Of a stretch of 64,000 nt of DNA, positions 1-12,506 are shown in pieces. Position 1 is the first letter of the stretch, and each line of letters starts with the position of its first letter. Position numbers and translations under genes: made by a program. A model generated the notes under the pieces. That model did no database searches, had not been told where the DNA came from, and saw nothing but the letters and a program-made list of their open reading frames with translations. This DNA is from Ruditapes philippinarum (Eukaryota): positions 1 through 64,000 of the forward strand of contig NW_026863539.1 in assembly GCF_026571515.1 (NCBI RefSeq). Reading direction: 5' to 3'.

Positions 1-774
1 AATTTCACATGTAATAACCATCATTTTCAGTAATTTATGTAATACAGGTTCATGTGATATGTCAATTAAAATGTATTATATTTTGTATTTGTATAGAAAC
101 TTCTTTTAAAACCAAGTAAAAATTTTGTTCTGATCTTTTCATTGGTAACTAGACTTTCCTATTTATTGACAATTTAAAATTATAATATACCTTTTTAATA
201 GAAAAATTTAAGAGATAACCAAACATTCTTAAAGGCATTGCCTTTAATTTTTATGTATGTTTTATGTATGGACGTTGTTGTTGACTTGCTCCTGTTTTTT
301 TGTGATATGAAATACATTTATATAGTAATATAATTATAATGATTATACTAATCAAGTAGTCATATAAACGAATTTTGAATTAAATCTCTTAAGAATTAAG
401 AAAATATAAACCTTTTCAAATCAAATTTCATTATTTATACTACCGCGTCACCTTTTTTTCCGACTTGATTACAAGTTTAATATTTTGAAATTAAAGTGAA
501 CTATATGTTCGCTTTTTAAAACAAACCGATTCAAACCATTTCCTAATATACCACAGAAAAAGAAAATTTGATCTTTATTTTTAATTTTGCTTTAATTTTT
601 TATCCTTGATTCTCGTTCAGTACGACATTATTGCTGTACTTGTGGTAATTTAGTTTTTTTCTATTTGGCTATTTTCTTGCCTTGAATACTGTTAAATCAT
701 CCTTAGGCCTGCTTTTTAAATTAATTTTGCCTTTTGACGTCTTATCTGTGATATGCAGGCTTCATAACCTCTGA

Positions 775-1065
775 TCCCCTTTTAAATTTCCATTTTATTT
801 AGTTCTGCCTATTGTTTTCTCGTTTAGGGCACACGCATGTTTTTCTTTGGGACCACATGCCGCTTTTCTTGGAATGGCACTTACGTGCCACATTGTAAGT
901 GCTACATTGAAGGTTCCATGATAACCGCCATATGAACACATCTGTGCATGTTTCAAAATTCAAAATTGTACCAGTTCATGTTAAATTCTGCTTAAGCCGG
1001 TGCTAAGGGGCGTGGACGGTAACTTGCACTTTTCAATACCGTCCATGAACAGGCTCAATCAAAAC
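775..1065. repeat. Interspersed repeat, Helitron/Helentron-like non-autonomous candidate
   Basis: Aligns by eye with 60790-61045 (CCATGATAACCGCC...AAATTCTGCTTAAG.CGGTGCTA.GGGCGTGGACGGT...TACCGTCCATGA...AATCAAA). The AAGCCGGTGCTAAGGGGCG part recurs at ~40165 and, with one or two changes, at ~46572. Contains a short TGGACGGT/ACCGTCCA stem. The class assignment is inference. Confidence 0.5.
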
Positions 1066-3145
1066 ACGGATTTATATTACAGGGATCGGACACTCCCAGT
1101 TAACCCTATATAAATGCTTAAATATCTTGTCGTGCGCCCGATAAAGGTACATCGATCGATAATTTACCGGTGCTAAGCGTAAATGCCCGTTCGCAACGGA
1201 TACCTACTTTACAAAATACCATACAGCTTTCCATTTATTATCTGATTTTGGAAATTTAAAGTTTATTTGAAGAAAAAACTTGTTAATTCAAATATATCTA
1301 ATTTATTTTTTTAAAGGTACAGTTTATCTGTCCGCACGACGATTAAAAAATTAACTTGACGAAAATCCGCGGTAAATTTTCCTTTTTTTTATATAAAGAA
1401 TGCAGGTATTTGAAATTTATTATTACGGTACCATAATAATTTCAGTTTCAAAATAAAAAAGAAGCCGATGTAAGTTTTCACAGATGATCAAAGAGTGCAA
1501 TATTAAAGATTTATGGGGTTATGTAGTCAAATTTATTAACGCACACTTGTTTTACGGGTAATGTATTGCGGCCTTTACAATTCGCTCAACACGTGAAGAA
1601 AATTTATTCACTTTTTTTAAGTACAAACTATTGCCGAGATTGTCAATATTGCCATATTCATAGAATATTTAAATTTCATTCATTTATATCAATATTATTT
1701 TTTGTAAATCTATTTTCAAATGTCGGTGCAGTGAAGTAGACAATCGTCGTAACAGTAAAGTTCTCTCGTATGGCTGTCTCGATTCCGACCTTTGTAATGT
1801 CACTCGTATATTTTAATCCGTATATTTTAATTATTATTTTTATTTGAATGCCCGTGGAAAGATATTTATGATACTTTTTAATGTAACGCTAGAAAAACAA
1901 TAAAAATCTTGACAGTTAGAGTAAGTATTTTGCGAAATAAAAGTAACTTTTGATTATTTTTTACACATCGCTTAAATTCTTTCAAGTTTAATTACTTTTG
2001 AAGGGGTGAGTGATAATTAAAAAACTTTATTTTCAAACTTTCACTACCAGGTTACATGTGATAATTGCAACACTCAATTTTCAAAAACAAATAGTATTTG
2101 AATGTATATTTTGTATGTGCGCGGTCTTTAACTACAGTCCATGGCATGTGTGCTAAGAAAATGATTCTGAAGAGGATATATATAAATACAATGTAAATCT
2201 ATTTTCTTTTTTAACATTTATAAATGAAATTGAAAATATACAACTAAATTTGTATAGTCCTTTCTTTGAAAAATAATGAAAATAAACATGTGATAAATAA
2301 ATCATTTTACGTGAATTGTAAAGAATAACTATGTTCTGTATGCCAATAAAAGTTTCTTCCTTGCCAATCTAACGAATTCATCTGTATATGACTGTTTGTC
2401 TAGACTGATCTGAAAATATATTTAATACACAAATTAGTAGAATATTTACTATATTTATACTAATATACAGGTAATCAAATAAAAAATGTACAAATCATTT
2501 GGAAATTATTTACACAGAAATAAAGACACATTTCAAACATGAATTTCTTTAAAAGTTTTTTAGCAATCAAGAAACATTTTTTTGCAATGCCACCATTAAA
2601 CCATTTGAAAAATAATTATCTTATTCTGAATCGCGGTAATAATTCGTGCTTGAAGTAAAAGGGCGTCAAAGTATAGAGGGTATGCCTAAACAATAGTCGA
2701 ATATTTTTTAAATTAGGTACTTTTTAACTAAGCGTTGCAACGTTCTATCGGCATATTTTCATATATTAATACTTTAGCGACACAAAATAATGCTGTATCA
2801 ATACATTCATATGTGTATAATTTTTCACAAAGCTGCAATAACACCACATACTCTTGTGAAAATCTGTCATATTTCGCACTCTGCGCGTTCTGCCATCTCA
2901 TTCTGTCCACCTTTATCCGATTCTGTGCATGCGCGCGACGGGACTTTAAGCTTAACGAAAGTGTCCGATCCTTGTAATATAAATCCGTGATCAAATCGAG
3001 CCTGCAAAATTTTTGTCGTGTTGGACTTTCTTTAGGATTCTGTTTGTCTCTATTTTATATTTGTATACCATAATAGTAGACAACGAAAATGAATTATCGT
3101 AATTCATCAATTGAATAAAAAAATCTTATTTTTCGTACATTGCAG

Positions 3146-6100
3146 AGAACGCCAACGTGTGTGACTGCATGGATGTCAAACAAAGTGTAAAAAAAATACC
3201 CAAATTTGTCCAACGGCCATGCCAATGTTACTGAGGAGGTGTTACCACAAGTGGCTGTTAAGATAACATGTAATAAAGGTTTTGAAGTAAACGAAATAGA
3301 TACGGCAATTTGTCTAGAAACGGGCTCTTGGAGTGAAGTAAATACGTGTGAGCCAGTTGACTGCGGGATATATCAGCCACCTTACCATGTTCATACTCAA
3401 CAGTCCGTACATGAAACAACAGTTGGGTCATCAATTAATCTTCAATGTGATCCTGGTTTCCATTTTACAACATCTAGTGATAATTCCGTAACGTGTAACG
3501 AAAATGGCGTGTGGGTCGGTAATCCAAAATGTGAAAATTTAGGTAAGATATTGCAATTTTCGTCTTAAAATGGTTGTTCACTTTTGTAACATAATGATTC
3601 CTTTTATTGTTTTTATTAAATGTGATTTATATTTGCTGCAACGTCTTTAAACAGGCACAAACAAACAAGGCCTGTATTATTCTCAAGTTTTTCCCTTTTG
3701 GTCGACGTTCAATGTTTCCTCCTTTGGTTATTTTTACTACAGAATGTATGTTTTTCTTTGCATCTGTACTGATTGTATGTTTCAGTTGATTTATCTGTAG
3801 ACACCGATACTGTCTTCATCTTTGGAATGGCAACCTTGTCTTGTGAATTCAGAAAAATACCAAACTAGAGGAATATAAAGTTCAAACGCATTAACAGAAA
3901 AAGTGAATCCGTAATAATTGCCTCTGTTGTCAATAATATAGACTCGTACAAAGTGACTAAAGACAGTGATAGAACTATTATCATTGAAAAAACATTTACG
4001 CATGAATCAGGTACATTTAAAGTGATGATTGAGACCGTCAAATGCTCCGATGCTTTCGTAGAACCCGGTGTTATAAACATAACCTGTGATATTGAAACAA
4101 GTGATACCGTGAACACATTTCATGATGTGAAAATTGTTCGAATACAAGGTAATATTTGTTATAGAACTTCTTTTAATCTTACACAACATAATTAAGTAAT
4201 AAGTTAGTGCACAATTGCCTTACATGTAACGTGTTTGTTAGTAACAAATCTTCAAGAAAGCATCGACTGCCTTAAGCCTATTTTTAGTTATTTACAATCA
4301 TCCTTCTCAATTGAAAAATATATTTCTGCTTTATTGTATACAATGTACATTGATACATTTATTTAACACATTAAGCGTGGTAAGGGTTAAGGGACTTCAC
4401 TGATGATTTTTTTACATGACGAGACTGGAAACAATGTTTTTGAGATAAATATTCTATTTGTTGAAGGTCTTGACAAGTTACTTGTATGCAAAGTTTCAGA
4501 TTTTTCGATTACTTCATTTTACCGTTATGATTATTCAAATGTGAAAATGTATCAAAAAATTGAAATTTCAAGAGTCTTTTTAAAAAATTCAAATCTTATG
4601 CGTTTAGACCTTCAGTTCGTTAAAAAGTAGCGTGTTCTTTTGATATAATAATTTTTTGGAAATGTTTATCCCTTAGGCAAAGCGGTTAAGCCGGAGCTTT
4701 TCGTGCCAGCCCAAGTTGTCGAAGATGATATCAAGTCCACACTTTTTCATTGTGAAATGTTGTTTCCGGAACCGAACGGTCGCGTGACAATTGACACTGG
4801 CAATGATGGTTCCTTTACCACTCTGTTGTCTTCTCCAAACATTTGATAATCACAATTATCAATAATCATTAATATTGACCAATCGGTTATAAAATTAATC
4901 AGATATGAATAATAATTCACTTTTTGACAGATCTTTTAAATCACAATTAATTCATTTATTTTTATGTCAAATAAGTGTTGTAATTATGATAATTTTCAAT
5001 TTCTTCAGGGAACTTCAACTCCAATAATTTCAGTAATGTTTGTTATAAAATCAATATTTATGTGCTTTTCCCGTCTTATCTGCATGACATTATTACCACA
5101 AATCAAATTGATTACTATCCCATCATTAATGAACTAATAAGAATTTAGTCTTATTTATATATGGAAAAGGCCGATATTTTTTTTCACGTGAGGGGCCTTA
5201 TGTTTGGTCCTCTTCAAACGGTGTAAGCAATACAAATGCGGCGTGGATTGATACCATAAGGTTTGACTTGGATAATTGCTGGTATAGGATGAAAATGAAA
5301 TTTTGCCTAAAAAATATTTCAATGGAATGGTACAGGAAACATATTAGATGCACTGCAAAACCGTCAGAAGAAGCATATGACCAAACAGTGTTCACATCTG
5401 ACAGTGGCGTTGTAAAAGTTATACAAGGTGACTTTATGTTTATTTTTGACCTTTATGGTTGTTTTTGTTTTACTTTCTTCTGAACATATTTAGAATAACA
5501 ATGTATGTGTTCCATTTTTTTCAAACATGATAAGAAACCTTTATTTAATTCGAATTGTTGCTTCTTATTTGACGATGGTAAAAGTCTGGTATTTGTTTTG
5601 GTACACTACTAATTTTACATATATTGTATGTCAGAAACTTTTTCTTATTGCTGACTTCTTATTTTATAGATACTTTATGCAATGGTAAAAGTCAGGTACG
5701 GTACCCGTATAACTGCGAACATTTCATCGTTTGTGATGACAAGAATCACTTTAATTCAGTTTTGGAAGTGAGAGCTTGTGACAATAATGCATGCTATGAC
5801 GATCAATCTCAAACATGCATTCCGTGTTCGCCATCAAGCGGTTGTTAAGAGGTAATAGTGATAACTCGGTGACACTTTGAATAATTTAGACTCTATCACA
5901 ATGGCCGTGCGAAACTTGGTTCGTAAGATTTGTAGAGAAGTCTGGCCGTAGAAAAGTCTCAGGCAATTTCGCAGTCTATCTAGACATCGTAAGAGTTCGG
6001 TTTGCCATAGTCGTAAGATCCTAGTGCGGTAAACCTGCGGTCCTCGAAAGACAAACCCAAAATTTTTTTACACGAGCACCTCTAGAAATCGTGCGTCTGC

Positions 6101-7176
6101 CGTATGACTGTCTTGGGTCTTAGGACAAAGAAGGTCTTAGGTCTTAAAGAATTTGTACAAATGTCTTGCGGCTCCCGCACGAAACACAGCGATTTTAGTC
6201 AAAATCCGTTCGTACGGCTGTCGTAGGGCTGATGTGATAGAGGCCGTACGTGATGGTTGACCGAATATCTGCCATTGTCTGGCAATAAAAGCCCATGCGC
6301 ATGGTCTCCTGCATTCTGTTACATTGCAAATGTTCTGACTTAAGAATATGGTCGTTTGTTTTTCATGAACTTTATTAGCCATTTTATTCATTAAAATACC
6401 TGAGATGTGGTACATTAGTGAGAAGTGAAAACCTGAAGTATTATATTTGGTAACTTTATGATTTTCATGAATATAAGCATAAGCATGGTTGGGTCGTCTG
6501 AAGTATGTGCTTTTAATAAGCTGTAAAAATTCTTAAAGAGCTTGCAGGACACACGTTCGTGGTTTCAGTTAATATTCATTTCAAACTATATTGACTTGCT
6601 TATCGGCATACATAACACCGTCTATTGCTTTTGTAATATGAATTTAAAAACAAGTATAAAAGAACGCCTAAACGGTAAAAATGAAAATGTGGCTGACTCA
6701 GTTTAGCCTCTTTATGAAATGTAACGATATATGCAAGTTATCGTCCACGGCGATGCCACCGATAGTTTGACACGAGTTGACTTTTTTCTTTATTTTTGTG
6801 CCTAAATGATATTATATTATTCCTATATTATGAACCAAGTTTCTTTTTAAATTTCAGACATTTTCTTCAGTGGACATTCAGCTACTATTGGGGGACAAAT
6901 TGATATTGTATCGTGGAAGACTTTAAATGGCTTACTGACATCAAGATCACAAGGGCTAATGGAGAGTTTGTATCGTCGATCAAATCAGGAGATAATACTA
7001 GAATACCGAATTTCAACACAAATTCGGATCAGACTTATGTTAATGAAACGCATGGAAAGATCACAATACATGTAGACTTTCTTCTGTGTACTGATAAAGG
7101 AACATATCGATGTAGTCCTGAAGGAACTGGAGATGTACAGTCAGAAGACGTTATAGACCTTGACCTGAATTGTTGA
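3146..7176 (+). pseudogene. Sushi(CCP)x2 - Ig - Ig - chitin-binding type-2 - Ig mosaic gene, disrupted (gene A)
   Basis: Exons: 3146-3542 (two CCP domains, ITCNKGF...CLETGSW...C / LQCDPGF...CNENGVW...PKC; 5' end frameshifted at an A8 run); 3801-4148 (V-like Ig, ATLSCEFRKIPN*RNI with TAG at 3866-3868 where the Ig Trp is expected); 4677-~4825, 5009-5032 and 5193-5427 (split C-like Ig); 5670-5848 (ChtBD2: LCNG...YPYNCEHFIVC...C...C...C); 6858-~7171 (V-like Ig, ...CTDKGTYRC, frameshifted near 6910). Domain-boundary introns are phase 1. No first/TM exon was identified. Confidence 0.8.
5889..6244. mobile_element. Putative MITE in a gene A intron
   Basis: GC-richer block bounded by inverted CTCTATCACA (5891-5900) / TGTGATAGAG (6233-6242), with internal CGTA-type repeats. 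TSD not clear. Confidence 0.45.
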
Positions 7177-7593
7177 AAATATATGTATTAAAATGTTTGC
7201 ATGACAACATACCACATTACCTTAGTTAAATAATATTTATTGCATATATCAATATACAACAACAAATATCACAATATACAAAAGGGTTTGGCCAAAAGTT
7301 TTTACAACATTATTATGGGCCATCCCACTACATGTATATCGAAGCACTTAGCTGAACAAACGTGCTAGTTCAGTAATCATAAGGTTGCAGGTTTTACCCC
7401 AGCTCCAAAAATAGTAAAGAAATGAACCGAAAAGAAGAAATATCATCAACATGTGTCTTGCGGCACGATATTAATCTTGTTATTCAGCTGGTCAGTTTTC
7501 CCTCTTAGTTTCTAAATAGAAAATAAAGATCTTTGGCGACTTGTTTTAAAACACCAGAAAACACTGTGAATTTTTTGTTTTAACTTTTTCGGT

Positions 7594-8659
7594 TCCGAAA
7601 TTGTACCACATTTATTACTTGATGCAGTTACTCAAATATCTCACAAAACCAGATGATTTGCAGGTATTTTGAGGGAATGCAATGATACTTTATGGAATTG
7701 TAAAAGTCAGGTACGGTACCCGTATGACTGCGAACATTTCCTCGTTTGTGATGACAAGAATCACTTTAATTCAGTTTTGGATGCATGCTATGACGATCAA
7801 TCTCAAACATGCATTCCGTGTTCACCATCAAGAGGTTGTTAAGAGGTAATAGTGATAACTTGGTGACACTTTGAATAATTTAGTCTCTATCACACCGGCC
7901 GTGCGAAACTTGGTTCGTAAGATTTGTAGAGAAGTCTGGCCGTAGAAAAGTCTCAGGCAATTTCGCCTTCTATCTAGACATCGTAAGAGTTTGTTTTTCA
8001 TGAACTTTATTAGCAATTTTATTCATTAAAATACCTGAGATGTGGTACATTAGTGAGAAGTGAACACCTGAAGTATTATATTTAGTAACTTTATGATTTT
8101 CATGAATATAAGCATAAGCATGGTTGGGTCGTCTGAAGTATGTGCTTTTAATAAGCTGTAAAAATTCTTAAAGAGCTTGAAGGACACACGTTCGTGGCGT
8201 CAGTTAATATTGCATTTCAAACTATATTGACTTGCTTATCGGCATACATTACACCGTCTATTGCTTTTGTAATATGAATTTAAAAACAAGTATAAAAGAA
8301 CGCCTGAACGGTAAAAATGAAAATGTGGCTGACTCAGTTTGGCTTCTTTATGAAATGTTACGATATATGCAAGTTATCGTCCACGGCGGTGCCACCGATA
8401 GTTTGACACGAGTTGACTTTTTTCTTTAATTTTTGTGCCTAAATGATATTATATTATTCCTATATTATGAACCAAGTTTTTTTTTTACTTTCAGACATTT
8501 TCTTCAGTGGACATTCAGCTACTATTGGGGGACAAATTGACATTGTATCGTGGAAGACTTTAAATCCGAAATTATACCACATTTATTATTTGATACATTG
8601 ATGCAGTTATTCAAATATCTCACAAAACCAGATGAATGCAGGTATTTGGAGGGAATGCA
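7594..8659 (+). repeat. Local duplicate of the gene A ChtBD2 exon through the start of the next Ig exon, flanked by ~90-bp direct repeats
   Basis: 7684-8565 copies ~5669-6927 but lacks ~20 bp inside the ChtBD2 exon and ~355 bp of the MITE region. 7594-7681 and 8566-8659 are near-identical direct repeats. Confidence 0.85.
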
Positions 8660-9981
8660 CCCGATCGTACCTTTTTCGCCTAATCATTCAACATATTGTA
8701 TAGATGGTTTATGAATATTTTAATGAATGTATTATAAATGCAATAACATATTTGTGTCTACGAAATGTGATATACCCGTATCATATTTCCTATTTACTTT
8801 ATATTCACGTGAACATACATTCATTTCGCAGATCTAACCGCATTTTGAATCATCAAAACGTGTCATGCCTACAGTGTTTATATAGAAATACAAAATCCGT
8901 CTGCTTATTGATGAAGAAATGCACTAAACTTGAAAGGAAAGCAAAATGAAAACTTAAAAAAAAATTCACCTGTTCATTCACTAAATACCCTTTTATGGGC
9001 ATAAAGTCACTTTAACTTAAACAATTTGTACCAGCAACAACTTATAAACTTTAAGGCTTTCTTTTATATTTCAATATACTGATACAACAATCATTTTGAG
9101 AAAAAAAAGCTCAGAAGTTGTTTATCATTGCAGATTGCTTATTATTTGTTGCCTGCAATTAAGTTTAAGATAAGAGATAATTTGGAGAAAAACACACACA
9201 CACAGACAGAGTTTACATCGATTTGCTTTATAACCATTATATTTGCTTAATCTTTCTCTGATTTCTCAGCTTATTACGAAGGCGAAAAATAAACTGTGAA
9301 TTGTGGAGTCCAATTGCCAAAATTTGTTGTGCCATAACCCATTAACAAACCGTTTAGTTGATAGTCGTGAAATAGAATTATAAACGGTTCATTCATAGTT
9401 ATTGTATGTAATCAGTGTTTTTAATCATGTTATGCATTGGCCTGCACTTTACTATGTTTCTGTTTACAACTGTCACATGGCAACTTGAAAATGATAACTG
9501 AAGACTGTGATTGAGTTTCTCCATAACAGAAGAGACAATATAAATTTTACTGGCTAATTAATTTTTCACTCTTTAAAATTACATGTACAAGTACGTTCGC
9601 TTAAATTCATGATCGTCGTACTACGATTTTTATATATTTATCCTGATTCATTATATTCTTTATTCAGCACCGGGTATTTTGAATACGTTCTTTGTATTCT
9701 AAAGTATTTTGTATTGAAACCATTCAAATGAAAATAATATCAGCGTGCAATCTTTATCTTGTGACAATAAACTCTATCTATCTTACGTTCAATGTTTATC
9801 CTCAATATATACACCCGGTGTTGTGTAATAATCACACGAGCGTAATATTACCATCCCTGCAAAAAACCGCAATTATTCATTGATATATAATGACTGCATT
9901 CAAGATGCAATAAATCAATTTTTTACAAATTGTTATCTCTTCTATGGTCATTTACACTGTACCACATCTTTTGCATGTACA

Positions 9982-10426
9982 GAAGTGATCAGTACCTTGC
10001 GAAAGTGACGGAAAACACAGCTGTCCCATGAACGATGAAATGGATAAACTGTGCTCTGGTTAACTCAATGTGGCTTACTGCCGTGATCCGGAGTGAAATA
10101 TACAAACACCACCACAAGACGTTAAAACATGATCTCGTTAAAAGCCGCTTTATTACCTGCTCGGTCCAGATCCAGATAGTTTTATTGAAAAAGAGAAGTG
10201 TTGTAAAGACATATCTAGATTCATTTTGCTTCTTTACATACACGCATATGAAAACAATACGTTTATCATTCAAAGATGTGTTTTGGCGAAAATCGTAGAC
10301 TTAGTTTATAGCAATATCTTTCTTTTTATACACGAAAATGATGAGAGACGAGGAAAAGTACAACATCTCCCATGCTCTCTCCTGGCAACTTGCATTACTT
10401 TCAACTGCGCATGTTACAACAGGTAA
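9982..10426 (+). pseudogene. Possible decayed Cys-rich exon (cystine-knot/spaetzle-like?)
   Basis: One frame with several stops reads SVPCESDGKHSCPMNDEMDKLCSG*...KEKCCKDISRFIL...IIQRC...CITFNCACYN. The CC...Q.C...CxC pattern is only suggestive. Confidence 0.25.
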
Positions 10427-11149
10427 ATCACTGACTAATAAAGAAAATTAAAGAATGACGTAACAATTTAACCAGTGGTGACTGTCGCTTAATTTAAATT
10501 TTACTCCAGAATCTGTGTATTTAATCTTGCAGGATAGTCATAGAATTATGTCAAGCCAGGAAGATTATTAGCTTAATGGTTAAGGAAGGCCTCAACTTTT
10601 ATTATGTTGAGGATATATGTTTGAGGGTTTTGCAAGGCTTTTGGATTATAATGTAAAGGGTATTTATTTGGGCTTTTTTTGTGTGAGATGAAATCTACTT
10701 CTATGTGTTGTTTTTTCTAAATCAGAATTTTCGCGTGGGGCGTAATCACTAGTGAGTGAACTGTTCTTTTTTTGTTTTTGTTTTTCAAAAAACATTTTCA
10801 ATTCTTCGGGGTATTCTTTAGTGATTTATTTATTTCTTTCTTTTTTATTTCAGTACAGTTCCTTTAAAAACATAAAATAAAAACTGTAATTACAGTAAAA
10901 GGGGCGCACTGAATTTATCGTCGTAAAATGATAATTTCTCACCATATCATTGAAAAACAACAACTTGATATTGATTGAAAATGTATTTAATTTAAACGAA
11001 CATGAATGAGTTGTATGAGCATAGCTATCCAAAAGAGTAATTATTCAGCCCCCCCCCCCCAAAAAAAAAATAAGAACCGTATGATATACATGTAATTGAA
11101 ATCGATTTATTGTTAGACTTGAGCATATTTTAGAGGTTGCTTTATTATG

Positions 11150-11434
11150 TTTGTTTGTTTGTTTGTTTTTATTCGGTTTTACGTCACACAGACACAGTAC
11201 ATGTCATTTGGCGACGTTTCAGCTTTACTGGTGGAGGAAGACCTCAGGTGCCCTACCTTGCATTATTTCAGGCACGAACGGGCACCTAAGTAAAACCACC
11301 GACCTTCCGTTAGCTAGCGGGGTAACTTCCTCACATGAAAGATTCAAAAGTCCCTGTCGGGATTCGAACCCATAGCGGTGAGGGGCAAGTGGTTTGAAGA
11401 CAACAACCTTAACCACTCGGCCATGGACGCCCCT
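11150..11434 (-). mobile_element. tRNA-derived SINE, family 1, full length
   Basis: On the minus strand: A-box TGGCCGAGTGG, B-box GGTTCGAATCC, conserved body (TCATGTGAGGAAG...CTTCCTCCACCAGTAAAGCTG) and (AAAC)n tail. Confidence 0.9.
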
Positions 11435-11467
11435 CTTTATGTTGTTGATGTTAGTCTTTTACAATTA

Positions 11468-11632
11468 ATGTTGATGATGATGATAATGAAGATGATGATG
11501 AAAATGATGGTTGTGATGATACTGTTTTTTATGATGGTAATGACGGTGATAAAGATGTTGATTACAGTGGTAGGTTTTTATGAGATGATGATGATGTTAA
11601 AGATGATGAGAATGATGATGATGATGATGATG
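11468..11632. repeat. Degenerate (GAT)n microsatellite
   Basis: Direct reading; explains the poly-Met ORF 11378-11662. Confidence 0.9.
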
Positions 11633-12506
11633 AACAAGTTAAATAAAAGATGTAATAAATAATCCCTAACGCTACAATGATTTAAAGACGGTTCCGGGAT
11701 TAATGTTACGTTTTACAAACTTTAAGACAAACAGGAACATTTCAAGCATGAATGAAGTCCTTTTTTGAAACGTTAGCGATTAAAGAATATAATGAGATGA
11801 CCAAATGATTGAAGAAACCTTCGGACAACCATCATATTTTTGAATTATTTGTCCTTTAAAGTGAGTTTTAAGCTGCCGGAAAAACTTTAAACAAACAAAA
11901 ATCGTAACAGAAACTATATATGGATCTTGTTAATAAGTGCTAGGTGCATTATTTGATGACATATCATATACACACGTATCAGAGCAAACTTTTATTCACC
12001 ACAATGATATTCTACCATATATTTATTACATATTATTAAAATTGTATCATATCAAATATATGTTCATACTACATCACTCTGGAACTCTCTCAAACAAATC
12101 ATAAGAATATCATTATGATACATGTCTATTGCTTGTATCAATACTTGAAATAATAATAATAATAATGTGCTTACTGTTGACTTAATCACTTTAAACCATT
12201 GATATATATCCTCAAATTTGATCTTCAAAAGAAGATTTGTTAATAATCTTTAAAATTCTTAGAAAAAATCTATATACAGTCAGAATCATCATGACTATGT
12301 TATTCGCCAAATATCACGATTTTGTTTAAGTCATTTTCAAAAGTACAAGATTGGCATATACAAATACACCATTATCAATCAATTGTGAGAATCACATCTA
12401 ACTTTGGTTAATAAAATTGAATTGGCATCAATAACATCAATGTCTATGTAAATGTCTTTCCAATACTCATTAATTATTTTCGATGAAAACTTCACATATA
12501 ACTAGG

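Noticed and set aside
1720-1920. Possible decayed TM/first exon of gene A (MAVSIPTFVMSLVYFNPYILIIIFI*)
   Set aside because: Hydrophobic translation is expected from T-rich DNA; it has a stop and no similarity to the gene B first exon.
2728-2994. Three overlapping short ORFs, and the many other 60-120 aa ORFs in the track
   Set aside because: No recognisable motifs or splice support; many are antisense shadows of real exons or lie in repeats.
11300-11434. tRNA genes here and at ~36375-36440, ~38280-38355 and ~43165-43235
   Set aside because: A/B boxes are present but there is no full cloverleaf; most continue into SINE bodies or are decayed heads.
11378-11662. Met-rich ORF
   Set aside because: SINE head plus (GAT)n repeat.
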